56,621 bases of DNA from Candidatus Binatia bacterium. GTDB lineage: Bacteria > Desulfobacterota > Binatia > UTPRO1. The notes beneath the pieces are model-generated. The model did not search any database and was not told where the DNA came from. It worked only from the letters and a program-made list of their open reading frames with translations. This document shows, piece by piece, positions 36,476 through 45,180 of the stretch. The position numbers and the translations under genes are program-made. The number at the start of each line of letters is the position of its first letter. Within the stretch, counting starts at the first letter, position 1. The stretch covers positions 1 through 56,621 of the forward strand of contig JBDSJB010000116.1 in assembly GCA_039917665.1 (NCBI GenBank), given 5' to 3'.

Positions 36476-37851
36476 CCGGCGAGCGTCGTCCCCGCGATGA
36501 TCGTACGCGGCGCGCTCGCGTCGTTCACCACCCGCACCGTTCCCTTCACCACCACACCTTTTTCGAAACGCACATCGCCGACGACCTCGAGCTTCTCGCA
36601 GTCGATGAGCGACGGCGGCCCGGCCGGAAACCGTTCTTCCATCTGATCGATGAACGCGTAGTGACGGTCGTCGAGGTCGACGACGATCTGCCCGAGTGTA
36701 CGGCGCGGATTCGCCATCACGCGGAAATCGTCCGTCAGCACGTAGGCGTCCGATCGAATCCCGAGCAAGTCGCCGGTCTTCTTCACCGCGGCGAACCGAA
36801 GGCGCGGCACCCGCACCGCCGCCGCGTCGTCGAAGAGCTCGATCGCCGCGCCCATCGCCGTCTCGAGCTGGTAGACCACCGGCGACGCGGCGTCGCGCGG
36901 ATCGATCGTCTTGGTGTTGCGGATCATCGGTAGCTTCACGACGCCGTCGCACGCCGTCAGGAACGCCTTCAGCTTCGGCAGGCTGAGCCAGATGTTGTTG
37001 GTGTTGAAATAGCGATGGAGCGCGATGTCCCGGAACACCGCGAGCTCGGACGCGGGGCACTGCGCCACCTCGCGAAGCAACAGCCTGCCGTCACCGCGGC
37101 GGGCGAGATGTCCGCCCTTCTTGTCGGCTTCGGTGCGGTCGGTGGCCTCCATCATGAACCCGTGCCCATGCTCGGCGAAGTAGCCGAGGATCGCGGGATC
37201 GATCACCGCGCCGAGGTTGTCGATGTTGGAGACGAACGCGTGCTCATAGCCTTGCGCGAGCAGGCGATCGAGCGCACCGCTCGTGGCGAGCGCCGCGTAG
37301 ATGTTTCCATGCCCCGGCGGACACCATTCGAGACGGGGATCGTTCGCCCACGCGCCCGGGCTGAAATCGGCCTTCGTGATCTTCGGGACCTTGTGCTGCT
37401 CGAACGCCACCACGAGGTCGGCGCGGGCCTTCGGATGTGCGGCCACCGCCGCCAGCGTCGCGTCGTGGGTGCTGAAGCTGTCCATCAACACGAGCGGGAT
37501 GCCGTACGTCTCCGCTTGGCGGAGCACGACGTCGAGGAACGTGAGGTCGTCCTTGACCGTGAGCAACCCTTTCGGACCAGTGAGCCCCATGCTGGTCGCG
37601 AGCCCGCCGTTCAGCTTCACGAGCACGGTCTTCCCGAGCTCGCGACGGCCGCGCGCGACGAGGTCGGCCCCGAACGTGGCCGAGTCCGGCAGCGTCGGGA
37701 TCGGCTCGATGCTGTCTTCCGTGATGAGGCCGGTCGCCCCCGAAACGAGCTGCTCGTAGAAATGCGCGAAGGTGGCGAGGGCGAGATCGGGAAGGCCCTC
37801 GGCGCGCATCCGCGCGGCGAAAGGAGCGAAGCGGTCGGCCGATGAGCTCAT
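36472..37851 (-). CDS. UTP--glucose-1-phosphate uridylyltransferase of the eukaryotic UDPGP type
   Basis: Part of ORF 36472..37989(-). Start at ATG 37851 (MSSSADRF...). It carries VLVKLNGGLATSMGLTGPKGLL, VLMDSFSTHDAT, PPGHGNIY, FVSNIDNLGA and EADKKGGHL. Confidence 0.85.
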   Translation of the reverse strand: MSSSADRFAPFAARMRAEGLPDLALATFAHFYEQLVSGATGLITEDSIEPIPTLPDSATFGADLVARGRRELGKTVLVKLNGGLATSMGLTGPKGLLTVKDDLTFLDVVLRQAETYGIPLVLMDSFSTHDATLAAVAAHPKARADLVVAFEQHKVPKITKADFSPGAWANDPRLEWCPPGHGNIYAALATSGALDRLLAQGYEHAFVSNIDNLGAVIDPAILGYFAEHGHGFMMEATDRTEADKKGGHLARRGDGRLLLREVAQCPASELAVFRDIALHRYFNTNNIWLSLPKLKAFLTACDGVVKLPMIRNTKTIDPRDAASPVVYQLETAMGAAIELFDDAAAVRVPRLRFAAVKKTGDLLGIRSDAYVLTDDFRVMANPRRTLGQIVVDLDDRHYAFIDQMEERFPAGPPSLIDCEKLEVVGDVRFEKGVVVKGTVRVVNDASAPRTIIAGTTLAG

Positions 37852-38033
37852 CGCGACGAATCTACCAGTTGGCCTCGGCAGCGTGAACCGCGGCCTGTCG
37901 CGCCCCTGACGCCGACCGCGCGCGCGGTCAGATTCATGACAGCGCGGGGCCGTCGAAGCCGGAAATCTCGCATTCCCGCCCCCTCGCACCGAGGCAACGC
38001 CGGCGGCACGCGCCGTGCTCTATAGGAAATTCC

Positions 38034-39863
38034 GTGGGCACAGGAGGTCGATCGCTCCTTGGCGCGGTGATCGCGTTCGGGACACTGCTCGGGCTCGGCT
38101 GGCTCGCGTACCGGAACGCCGACGAGCTGATCGGCACGCAGCGCTGGATCGCCCACACCCACCAGGTGCTCGACACCGTCGATGCGACGGTGTCCATCAT
38201 GAAGGACGCCGAGATCGCCGTCCGCGGCTATCTGGTCACCGGCGACGAGGACCTGGCGCGCCGGCGCGCGATCACCCGCCCCGCGCTGCTCGAGCACCTC
38301 GATCAGTTGCACGGTCTGGTCCTCGACAATCCGGAGCAACAACGGAACGTCGATGCGCTCGACCTCGCGATCCGCGCCAAGCTCGCCTACACCGACGACG
38401 TCATCGACAACCGCCGCAGCCGTGACATCGGCGCGCCCGAGCTGACCGATCGCCTCGCCGAAGGTCTCCGCCGGATCGACGAGATCGAAGGCCTCGCCGC
38501 GCGCGTGGACCATCACGAACGCGAGCTCCTGGCCGTCCGCGAGGCTGCCGCGCTCGCCGGCACCAACCGCACCTACACGACGCTCGGCGGCGGGACGATC
38601 CTTTCCCTGGCGCTCCTCGCGAGCGTGCTCGTGCTGCTCACCCGCGAGGTGAAGCAACGTCGCGAGGTCGAGGCGCAGCTCCGCATGAGCGAGCGCCGTC
38701 TCACGCACGCGCTCGACGCGTCGCAGATGGGCCTTTGGGATCTCGATCTCCTGACCGACGAATCGCATCGGACGCTGCGCCACGATCAGATCTTCGGCTA
38801 CGAGACCCTGCAGCCTACCTGGGGCCGCGAGGTCTTCCAGCCGCACTTGTATCCGGACGATCGCGAGATCGAACAAGAAGCCTTCAACCGGGCCTTTCGC
38901 ACCGACGATTTCACCATGGAATGTCGCATCTTCCGGCACGGCGACCTGGCGATTCGCTGGATCTCCACGCAAGGCAAGCTCTTCCGCGACGAGCGCGGCG
39001 AGCCCGTGCGGCTCATGGGCTCGGTGATGGACGTCACCGAGCGCAAAGAAGCCCAGCAGCGGCTGCAGGAACGCACCCAACAGCTCGAAGCCGCGAACGA
39101 GGCCCTCAGCTCGTTCACGTACTCCGTCTCGCACGACCTCCGTGCCCCGCTGCGCGCCATCGACGGCTACGTGCACATGCTCGTCGAGGACAACGCCCAC
39201 ACGCTCGACGCCGAGAGCCGCCGCGTGCTCGACGTCATTCGCACGAACGCCCGCCAGATGGGCCGGCTCATCGACGACCTCCTGTCCTTTTCACGGCTCG
39301 GGCGCTCCGAGCTCGACCGGACGACGACCGACGTCGCGATTCTCGCACACGGCGTCGTCGACGAGCTGCGACGCCTCGAGCCCGAACGCACGGTCGGCGT
39401 CACCGTCGGCGCGCTGCCGACGACGGTCGCCGACGGCAGCATGCTACGCCACGTCCTCGCCAACCTGATCGGCAACGCGTGGAAGTTCACGCGCGGACAC
39501 GCCGACGCCACGATCGAGATCGGCAGCACGGACGCTGGCCACGAGACGCTCTACTTCGTCAAAGACAACGGCGCCGGCTTCGACATGCGCTACGTCGGCA
39601 AGCTCTTTCGCGTCTTCGAACGGCTGCATCGGGCCGATGAGTTCGAAGGCACCGGGGTCGGGCTGGCGATCGTCCAGCGCGTCGTCCAACGCCATGGCGG
39701 GCGCGTGTGGGCCGAGTCGGCTCCCGGCGCCGGAGCGACCTTCTGGTTCGCGCTTCCCCAAGGAAAAGGAGTCGAGCATGGAGCACAGCAGCGTGGAGAT
39801 CTTGTTGGTCGAGGACAGTCTGGCGGACGTGGAATTGGCGGTGCGAGCGCTCAAGAAGCATAA
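38034..39863 (+). CDS. sensor histidine kinase (CHASE3 - PAS - HisKA - HATPase)
   Basis: N-terminal TM helix, then CHASE3-like [38 protein letters not shown] segment is [13 protein letters not shown]...; H-box is [16 protein letters not shown]; ATP-lid is [10 protein letters not shown]...GTGVGLAIV. The last 86 nt overlap the next gene. Confidence 0.9.
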   Translation: MGTGGRSLLGAVIAFGTLLGLGWLAYRNADELIGTQRWIAHTHQVLDTVDATVSIMKDAEIAVRGYLVTGDEDLARRRAITRPALLEHLDQLHGLVLDNPEQQRNVDALDLAIRAKLAYTDDVIDNRRSRDIGAPELTDRLAEGLRRIDEIEGLAARVDHHERELLAVREAAALAGTNRTYTTLGGGTILSLALLASVLVLLTREVKQRREVEAQLRMSERRLTHALDASQMGLWDLDLLTDESHRTLRHDQIFGYETLQPTWGREVFQPHLYPDDREIEQEAFNRAFRTDDFTMECRIFRHGDLAIRWISTQGKLFRDERGEPVRLMGSVMDVTERKEAQQRLQERTQQLEAANEALSSFTYSVSHDLRAPLRAIDGYVHMLVEDNAHTLDAESRRVLDVIRTNARQMGRLIDDLLSFSRLGRSELDRTTTDVAILAHGVVDELRRLEPERTVGVTVGALPTTVADGSMLRHVLANLIGNAWKFTRGHADATIEIGSTDAGHETLYFVKDNGAGFDMRYVGKLFRVFERLHRADEFEGTGVGLAIVQRVVQRHGGRVWAESAPGAGATFWFALPQGKGVEHGAQQRGDLVGRGQSGGRGIGGASAQEA

Positions 39864-40215
39864 CCTCGCCAACCAACTGTACGTCGCCCGTGACGGGGCC
39901 GAAGCACTCGACTTCCTTTTCGGTCCCGAGGCGCGGCACGTCCCGAAGATGGTCTTGCTCGACTTGAAGCTTCGGAAGGTCGACGGGCTCGAGGTGTTGC
40001 GCCGGATCAAGAGCGACCCGGTCACGCGCCGCGTTCCCGTCGTCGTGATGACGTCGTCCCGCGAAGAGCGCGACATCGTCGAAAGCTACGAGCTCGGCGT
40101 CAACAGCTACATCGTGAAGCCGGTCGACTTCGACCAGTTCGTGCGCGCGGTCGCCGAGCTCGGCATGTACTGGCTCGTGTTGAACCAATTACCGAGCGGC
40201 CCCGGCGCCGCCTGA
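39778..40215 (+). CDS. single-domain response regulator (REC only)
   Basis: Part of ORF 39637..40215. Start at ATG 39778, with AAGGAAAAGGAG upstream. [25 protein letters not shown]...[21 protein letters not shown]...VVVMTSS...YIVKP. Confidence 0.9.
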   Translation: MEHSSVEILLVEDSLADVELAVRALKKHNLANQLYVARDGAEALDFLFGPEARHVPKMVLLDLKLRKVDGLEVLRRIKSDPVTRRVPVVVMTSSREERDIVESYELGVNSYIVKPVDFDQFVRAVAELGMYWLVLNQLPSGPGAA

Positions 40216-40216
40216 G

Positions 40217-41446
40217 TCAGGCCCGCATGCGGGGCGCGTCGTACGCGGCCGCGTCGAGCGCGGGCAGCTCGACGACGATCGTCGTCCCGCAAGACGGTGC
40301 GCTCTCGGAGCGAATCGTCCCCTGCAGAAGCTCGGTGCAGCGGCGGACGATCGCGAGCCCGAGACCGGTGCCCTCGTAGCGGCGTGTGATCGAGCCGTCG
40401 AGCTGACGGAAGTCCTCGAAGATCACCGCGCGCGCCTCGGCGGGAAAGCCGATGCCCGTGTCACGGACCGTCAGCACGAGACCACCGCCCGACGGCTCCA
40501 ACGTCACCTCGACCTCGCCGGCCGGGGTGAATTTGATGGCGTTGTTGATGAGGTGGTACGCGATCGTGCGGATCTTCTCGCGATCGTGCTTCAGGAGGCA
40601 GGAGACGTTCGGCGCCCGGAACGTCAGGCAGAGCCCGCGATCCGCGTTCAGCACCGCGGCCTGTCCCTTCAGGTCTTCGACGAGTCCCGAGAGGTCGAAC
40701 TCGGCGATCGTGACGCCTTCGCTGCCCGTCTTCAGACGCCCGAGCGCGAGCAGCGACTCGACGAGGCCATGGAGACGCTGCGCTTGCGTACGGACGCAGT
40801 CGAGCATGTCGGCGGGCTCGCCCGTGACGTGCTCCTGCAGCAACTCGGTGTAGCCGAAGATGGCGTTCAGCGGCGTGCGGAGCTCGTGCGAGACGTTGGC
40901 GACGATCTCGGCTTTCAAGCGAGCCGCGGCCTCGGCGCGGCGATAGAGCCCCTCGATCTCGGCGGCTTGGGCCCGTACGACCGCGGTCCGGGTCTCGACC
41001 TTCTCTTCGAGCGCCGACGCGTAGGACCGGAGCTGGGCGCGCGACTCGGCGAGCTCACGTTCCAGCCGCACGCGTTCGAGCACCCGGTCGATGGCGAGCC
41101 CGAGGCTCGCGCTCCAGTCGTCACCTTTCGCGACGTAGTCGCTGGCACCGGCGCGGAGGGTTTCGACCGCCGTCGCGACGTCGTCCTGCCCCGTCATCAT
41201 GATCACCGGCGGGTGCGCGCGCTCGCGCAGCTCGGCGAGAATCTCGAGACCGTTCAGCGCCGGCAGGTGGAAGTCGAGCAGGAGCACATCGAAGCCCCCG
41301 TTCGCCACGAGCGGCTCGGCCGCACGCCAGTCGTCGACGCCGACCACCTCGGCGGGCCCCGGCGGCGTCGGCAACTTCCGGAGCGCACGCGTGGTCAGCT
41401 CACGGTCATAGATGTTGTCGTCGACGACGAGGATACGGATAGCCAT
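40217..41446 (-). CDS. response-regulator/histidine-kinase hybrid (REC - coiled coil - HisKA - HATPase), no TM segment
   Basis: ORF 40217..41479(-). MAIRILVVDDNIYDRE...LLLDFHLPALNG...; H-box is VANVSHELRTPLNAI; ...VRDTGIGF...GTGLGLAIV. Start is ATG 41446 or GTG 41479. Confidence 0.85.
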   Translation of the reverse strand: MAIRILVVDDNIYDRELTTRALRKLPTPPGPAEVVGVDDWRAAEPLVANGGFDVLLLDFHLPALNGLEILAELRERAHPPVIMMTGQDDVATAVETLRAGASDYVAKGDDWSASLGLAIDRVLERVRLERELAESRAQLRSYASALEEKVETRTAVVRAQAAEIEGLYRRAEAAARLKAEIVANVSHELRTPLNAIFGYTELLQEHVTGEPADMLDCVRTQAQRLHGLVESLLALGRLKTGSEGVTIAEFDLSGLVEDLKGQAAVLNADRGLCLTFRAPNVSCLLKHDREKIRTIAYHLINNAIKFTPAGEVEVTLEPSGGGLVLTVRDTGIGFPAEARAVIFEDFRQLDGSITRRYEGTGLGLAIVRRCTELLQGTIRSESAPSCGTTIVVELPALDAAAYDAPRMRA

Positions 41447-41627
41447 GCAGGAGGAGCCCCACGGAGTATCGTCGCTCACCCACGCGGACTTGAATACCGC
41501 TACTCTCGCCCTCGATCGAAGGAGTCAAAGCCCTGACAGGGGCGCTTCACCTTGAAGACGCCGGGAGTCGCTGCTAGGTTGCGCCTGGTTCGGCGGCGTC
41601 CCGTCGAGTCGAATACCCACCGAATTT

Positions 41628-41700
41628 GGGGCAGTAGCTCAGTTGGGAGAGCACCACGTTCGCAACGTGGGGGTCGAGGGTTCGAACCCCTTCTGCTCCA
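41628..41700 (+). tRNA. tRNA-Ala (anticodon CGC)
   Basis: Hand-folded cloverleaf of 73 nt: GGGGCAG TA GCTC AGTTGGGA GAGC A CCACG TTCGCAA CGTGG GGGTC GAGGG TTCGAAC CCCTT CTGCTCC A. It has the G3:U70 Ala identity pair. CCA is not encoded. Confidence 0.9.
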
Positions 41701-41768
41701 TTCATTCCATTTCGGCTCCGTGCGCTCGGGACGCGCTTCGCGCGCTCCGATGCTCCGATGGCCCTCGC

Positions 41769-41789
41769 GGCCCGAAGTGAATTCGGGCC
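41769..41789. terminator. hairpin between the tRNA and the convergent M48 gene
   Basis: GGCCCGAA (41769-41776) / TTCGGGCC (41782-41789), loop GTGAA. There is no clear U-tract on either strand. Confidence 0.35.
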
Positions 41790-41805
41790 GTTCGCCCGAA
41801 GAAAT

Positions 41806-43365
41806 TCAGAGCGGCGGTTTTCCTTCGTAGGGCTCGCGAACGGCGACCTTGAGAGGTCGTAGCGGTGATGGGAGCGTGCCGGTGGCGAGGCCGTTGGCGA
41901 TCGCCACCATTGCCGAGCTCCACGGCGTGCCGGTGCGGTTCGTGAAGACGGCGAGGGTTTCGCCGGGTTTCGGCTGGACCAGTCGCAAATGATCTTCTCG
42001 GATCCCGGCACGTTCCGTCTGCGTGAGCGCGCCGAAGCTGTCCGCGATGCCGGCGAGTATCGCGCGGTCGTCATCCGGTGACGGGCCGGCGCCCAGCCCG
42101 GTCAGCTGGTACACGTGATCGCCGAGCGCCATCCACCAGATCTCGATCGCGATGCGGCGGCCTTCCGCTTGCGTCGTCGCACCGAGATGTGCGGCGGGAA
42201 GCCCATTGATCGTGGTGCGTTCGACGCGCGGTGCAACGGGCTCCTCGACGCTGCGCTCGAAGGCGCGGACGCCGAGCATGGGGTCGTTGCCCTCGGCCGC
42301 GAGCGAGAGCACGGCGATGGTGCGACCATCGCCCGCCATTCCCGCCACCTGGGTGGCGGCGTTGGCGGTCTTCCACTCGGTGGGAAACCGCAGGTGGAAG
42401 CCGAGATCAGGGTGCAGGAACTTCTTCCCATCGAACACGCCTTGGGCTGCGCTCAGACCGACGACGAGCCCGTCGAGACGCGCGAGGAACTCCCCCCGTG
42501 TCGGCACGATCGGCGCCGCCGACACACGAACCAGCGTCGCGGCGTAGGCGGCCGTGTTGTGCGCCCGCTCCGGCGTCGACGGGTGCGAATCCAAGAAGCT
42601 CGGCCGGCGTTTGCTCTTCGTCTCGGTGGCCTCGAATCGTTCCAGCGTCGCGAGGGCGTGCGCGAGCGCGACCGGATCCCAGCCGGATCGGGCCGCCATC
42701 TCCTGGCCGACACGATCGGCTTCGCGCTCCTGGTCGCGGCTGTAGGGCGCGAGCAGCGCGTCAGTCGCAAAGTCGCCGCCGGCTTGAAAGAGGCTGCCGA
42801 GGAGCGGGCTCGCGAGACCAGTGACGCCCGAGACGATGCCGGTGACGATCCCGGCCGGGAGCGCGCGCGACAGTCGCTGCACGGCGTGGCGGGCGGCGAT
42901 GTGCCCGACCTCGTGCGCCAGCACGCCGGCGAGCTCGTCCTCCTCGTTCAGCAGGACGAGGAGACCCCGCGTCACGTACACGTGACCCGGAATCGCGAAC
43001 GCGTTCGGCTCCGGCGTGTCGACGACATGGAAGGCGTACGGCACGTCCGCACGCGGCGATCGCGCCGCGAGCCGCGCGCCGATCGCCCGGACGTAGGCGG
43101 CGATCGCCGCGTCGTCGAGCAGCCCCATGCCCGCGGCCACCGACTTCGCCTGCTCGCTCCCGAGCTCGAGCTCGGTCGAGCGCGACACCATGGCGAGCTC
43201 GGGCCGATGCGTGACCGGATTCACCGCGCAGCCAGCGGCGGCGACCGCGACTACCGCGGCAAGGCTCAAGCAGGTCGCGACGACGATTGCACGCGCGGTT
43301 CGACGACCGGGGCCATCGGCACCGGCCGTCAGGTCGTGCGCGTGCGGGGTTCGCGTGTTCCACAT
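41806..43365 (-). CDS. M48-family zinc metalloprotease lipoprotein
   Basis: Part of ORF 41806..43554(-). Start at ATG 43365 (alternative 43413). Lipobox is VAAAGC. It carries NAFAIPGHVYVTRGLL...LAGVLAHEVGHIAARH (HExxH) and a long C-terminal domain. Confidence 0.85.
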   Translation of the reverse strand: MWNTRTPHAHDLTAGADGPGRRTARAIVVATCLSLAAVVAVAAAGCAVNPVTHRPELAMVSRSTELELGSEQAKSVAAGMGLLDDAAIAAYVRAIGARLAARSPRADVPYAFHVVDTPEPNAFAIPGHVYVTRGLLVLLNEEDELAGVLAHEVGHIAARHAVQRLSRALPAGIVTGIVSGVTGLASPLLGSLFQAGGDFATDALLAPYSRDQEREADRVGQEMAARSGWDPVALAHALATLERFEATETKSKRRPSFLDSHPSTPERAHNTAAYAATLVRVSAAPIVPTRGEFLARLDGLVVGLSAAQGVFDGKKFLHPDLGFHLRFPTEWKTANAATQVAGMAGDGRTIAVLSLAAEGNDPMLGVRAFERSVEEPVAPRVERTTINGLPAAHLGATTQAEGRRIAIEIWWMALGDHVYQLTGLGAGPSPDDDRAILAGIADSFGALTQTERAGIREDHLRLVQPKPGETLAVFTNRTGTPWSSAMVAIANGLATGTLPSPLRPLKVAVREPYEGKPPL

Positions 43366-43545
43366 GGGCGCGGAACTAGATCGGTCGTCGCGACGAACGC
43401 AAACGGATGACATGCGATCTTCCTGCGTGAGTGCGTGTGCCGAAAAATCTTTGCGTCTCACCTGTCGAGGGGATTGATTCGCGCTGCGTGTCGTCCGCAT
43501 ACTCCCCCTGTTCCGGTACTCCCACCTGTTGTTGTGAGGCCGATC

Positions 43546-43845
43546 ATGTTCCACGCGCGGATCGTTTCAACTCGCGGCTCCCTGTACTTCGCGGCGGAAG
43601 CAACGCCCTACGATCTCGAGAATCTGCGGACCCACGTCCACGGCTTGCGGGCGAAAGCCGGGACGCGACTCGAGTTTCGTATCGACCGCCCGAGCACTCA
43701 GGCCGCCTATCGACGCGTCTCGACGTTCCTGCAGGAGCTCGAGGCCGAAGGCGTCCAGACGACGTTCACGTTGTCGCCGCTCGTGCCGGGAGCGGGAACT
43801 GGCGAGATTCCCGAGCTGCCCCGGCTCTCGCGTCGGCGCCCCTGA
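43546..43845 (+). CDS. hypothetical protein (99 aa)
   Basis: Part of ORF 43435..43845 from ATG 43546 (MFHARIVSTRGSLYFAAEATPYDLENLRTHVHGL...). Third codon positions are mostly G/C, unlike the antisense ORF 43567..43881. I recognise no family. Confidence 0.45.
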   Translation: MFHARIVSTRGSLYFAAEATPYDLENLRTHVHGLRAKAGTRLEFRIDRPSTQAAYRRVSTFLQELEAEGVQTTFTLSPLVPGAGTGEIPELPRLSRRRP

Positions 43846-43849
43846 CGCG

Positions 43850-44398
43850 TCAGTGCTGGAAACGCACGGCAAACTCGTCATGCGGAGCGCCGTCGGCGAG
43901 ACGGCGGCGGTGCTCGATCTCTACGTGGGTGTGGTGCATGCGCGCCAGTCCGCGGACGATGCCCATCACGAGCGAGGAAAGCCCGGCGCGCGGCGACGTG
44001 TAGTGCAGCACGAACCCGGCCGGCGTCACGTCGGTGCACCAGAAGGTCGGCTGTCGCACGTGCGGATAGTTGAGCGAGATTTTCTCGTGCATGCGATCGA
44101 GATTCAGCAGCACGTCGCGTAACGTGCGCCCCGCCGTGGTGAGAAACCCGCCGTAGCCTTCGCGGATCGCGAACTCGACCCAGTGCTCGCCGAGGGATTC
44201 GAGCAGCGCGCTCTCGGAGATGCCGAGCGCGCGCGCGCCGGCGCCTACCAGCCGATACGTGACGGCGTCGTCGTAGACGTTGCCCGGCACGAACGCGCCC
44301 GCAACGAGGCCCGCGTCACGCGCCATCGCGACGAACGCCGGCTCGCCGATGCGATCTCGAATCACGGCCACGAGCGCCTTGTTGACTAGGCCATCCAT
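43850..44398 (-). CDS. stand-alone H-NOX (heme NO/O2-binding) domain protein
   Basis: 182 aa. MDGLVNKALVAVIRDRIGEPAFVAMARDAGL resembles the sGC beta1 / bacterial H-NOX N-terminus (MYGFVNHAL...). The proximal-His context is LLNLDRMHEKI, and the Y-x-S-x-R heme-propionate motif is HYTSPRAGL. Confidence 0.85.
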   Translation of the reverse strand: MDGLVNKALVAVIRDRIGEPAFVAMARDAGLVAGAFVPGNVYDDAVTYRLVGAGARALGISESALLESLGEHWVEFAIREGYGGFLTTAGRTLRDVLLNLDRMHEKISLNYPHVRQPTFWCTDVTPAGFVLHYTSPRAGLSSLVMGIVRGLARMHHTHVEIEHRRRLADGAPHDEFAVRFQH

Positions 44399-44444
44399 GC
44401 TGGTGGATTCGCGCGCGGAAGCTAGCGCGATCGGGCGCGTGTGC

Positions 44445-44953
44445 CTAGGCGTCGACGGTCGGACGACTGACCGCGGGGTCGAGCGCCGGGCTTACGCGCG
44501 GCGCGTCGCCCACCGCACCGCGAAGCGCATCCAGTGAGAGCGGACCGGGACCGGCGACACCGAGCCAGACCAGCAAGACGAGGTAACTCCACTCGATCAA
44601 GCCGAAGAGATCGCCGACCGATCCGACGTTCTCCTTCTGGGCGGTCACGAGCGCGACGATCATCGTGACGATGAGTGGCACGCTCGCGACCCGCGTGAAG
44701 AGCCCGATCAGCACGAGCGCGCCGTAGACGAACTCGACCCCGGCGACGAATGGCGCCTGCAGCTCGGCATGCGGGATGCGAGCTCGCCGAAGTAGCCGAT
44801 CACGCGTTCGAGGTTGTGGAGCTTGCCCCACCCGGAGAGCACGAAGATCCAGCCGACGGTCCAGCGCGCGAGCGTCGGACCCAGCCACGAGAGTGCACCG
44901 GCGATCGCGAGGATCAGACGACGAAGGGCGAGCATCATGTCGACGATGTTCAT
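44445..44953 (-). pseudogene. DoxX-family membrane protein interrupted by a 1-nt frameshift
   Basis: The N-terminal 60 codons lie in ORF 44708..44953(-) (..WTVGWIFVLSGWGKLHNLERVIGYFGEL|ASRMPSC..). The rest lies in ORF 44445..45191(-) (..|IPHAELQAPFVAGVEFVYGALVLIGLFTRVASVPLIVTMIVAL..). Adding one G after GAGCTC (complement of about 44779/44780) restores ...YFGELGIPHAEL... Confidence 0.7.
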
Positions 44954-44996
44954 GGGCGTCTCCTAGAACGAGCCGTGCACGCCGCAGAGCCGAGCA

Positions 44997-45009
44997 TTGC
45001 ATCGTGCAA
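44997..45009. promoter_or_regulatory. palindrome TTGCA-TCG-TGCAA, candidate enhancer (UAS) site
   Basis: Perfect 5-3-5 palindrome about 55 nt upstream of the putative -24 element. TGCAACG recurs at 45005-45011 and 45075-45081. It is short, so weak. Confidence 0.25.
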
Positions 45010-45062
45010 CGTGACCGGCCGGCCATCGACGGCTCGACCGCGCCAATCCGTCGTTCCGCACG

Positions 45063-45078
45063 CGGCACGCGCGATGCA
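45063..45078 (+). promoter_or_regulatory. candidate sigma-54 (-24/-12) promoter of the kdp operon
   Basis: cGGCACGcgcgaTGCA compares with consensus TGGCACG-N4-TTGCW. GG (45064-45065) and GC (45076-45077) have the canonical spacing, and 10 of the 12 specified consensus positions match. Located about 100 nt upstream of kdpF. Confidence 0.5.
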
Positions 45079-45089
45079 ACGGGATTCCC

Positions 45090-45170
45090 ATGGACCTTGT
45101 CTACCTGGGAGTGACCGTTGGATTTTTCGCGGTCTCGTTGGCGCTGGTCGAGCTCCTCGACCGCCTGTGA
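45090..45170 (+). CDS. possible 26-aa hydrophobic peptide (kdpF-like) in the kdp leader
   Basis: Below the ORF-track size cut-off. ATG 45090 ... TGA 45168-45170 gives MDLVYLGVTVGFFAVSLALVELLDRL. There is no good SD. It sits right at the start site predicted from the sigma-54 element. GAGGA, overlapping its stop, serves kdpF. Confidence 0.3.
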   Translation: MDLVYLGVTVGFFAVSLALVELLDRL

Positions 45171-45180
45171 GGATGACCCC

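Noticed and set aside
41701-41805. Possible integration site downstream of tRNA-Ala.
   Set aside because: There is no integrase, no duplicated tRNA 3' end, and no compositional break. The next gene is a convergent housekeeping-type M48 protease.
43567-43881. A 104-aa minus-strand ORF between the H-NOX and M48 genes could have been the missing H-NOX partner.
   Set aside because: It is antisense to the 99-aa plus-strand ORF, which has the more gene-like third-position G/C bias. Its translation is Arg/Ser-rich with no kinase or cyclase motif.
45079-45180. I considered a riboswitch (for example the c-di-AMP type known upstream of some kdp operons) in the kdp leader.
   Set aside because: I recognise no conserved riboswitch core by eye. 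A covariance-model scan would be needed to exclude it, and the leader is better explained by the small ORF.
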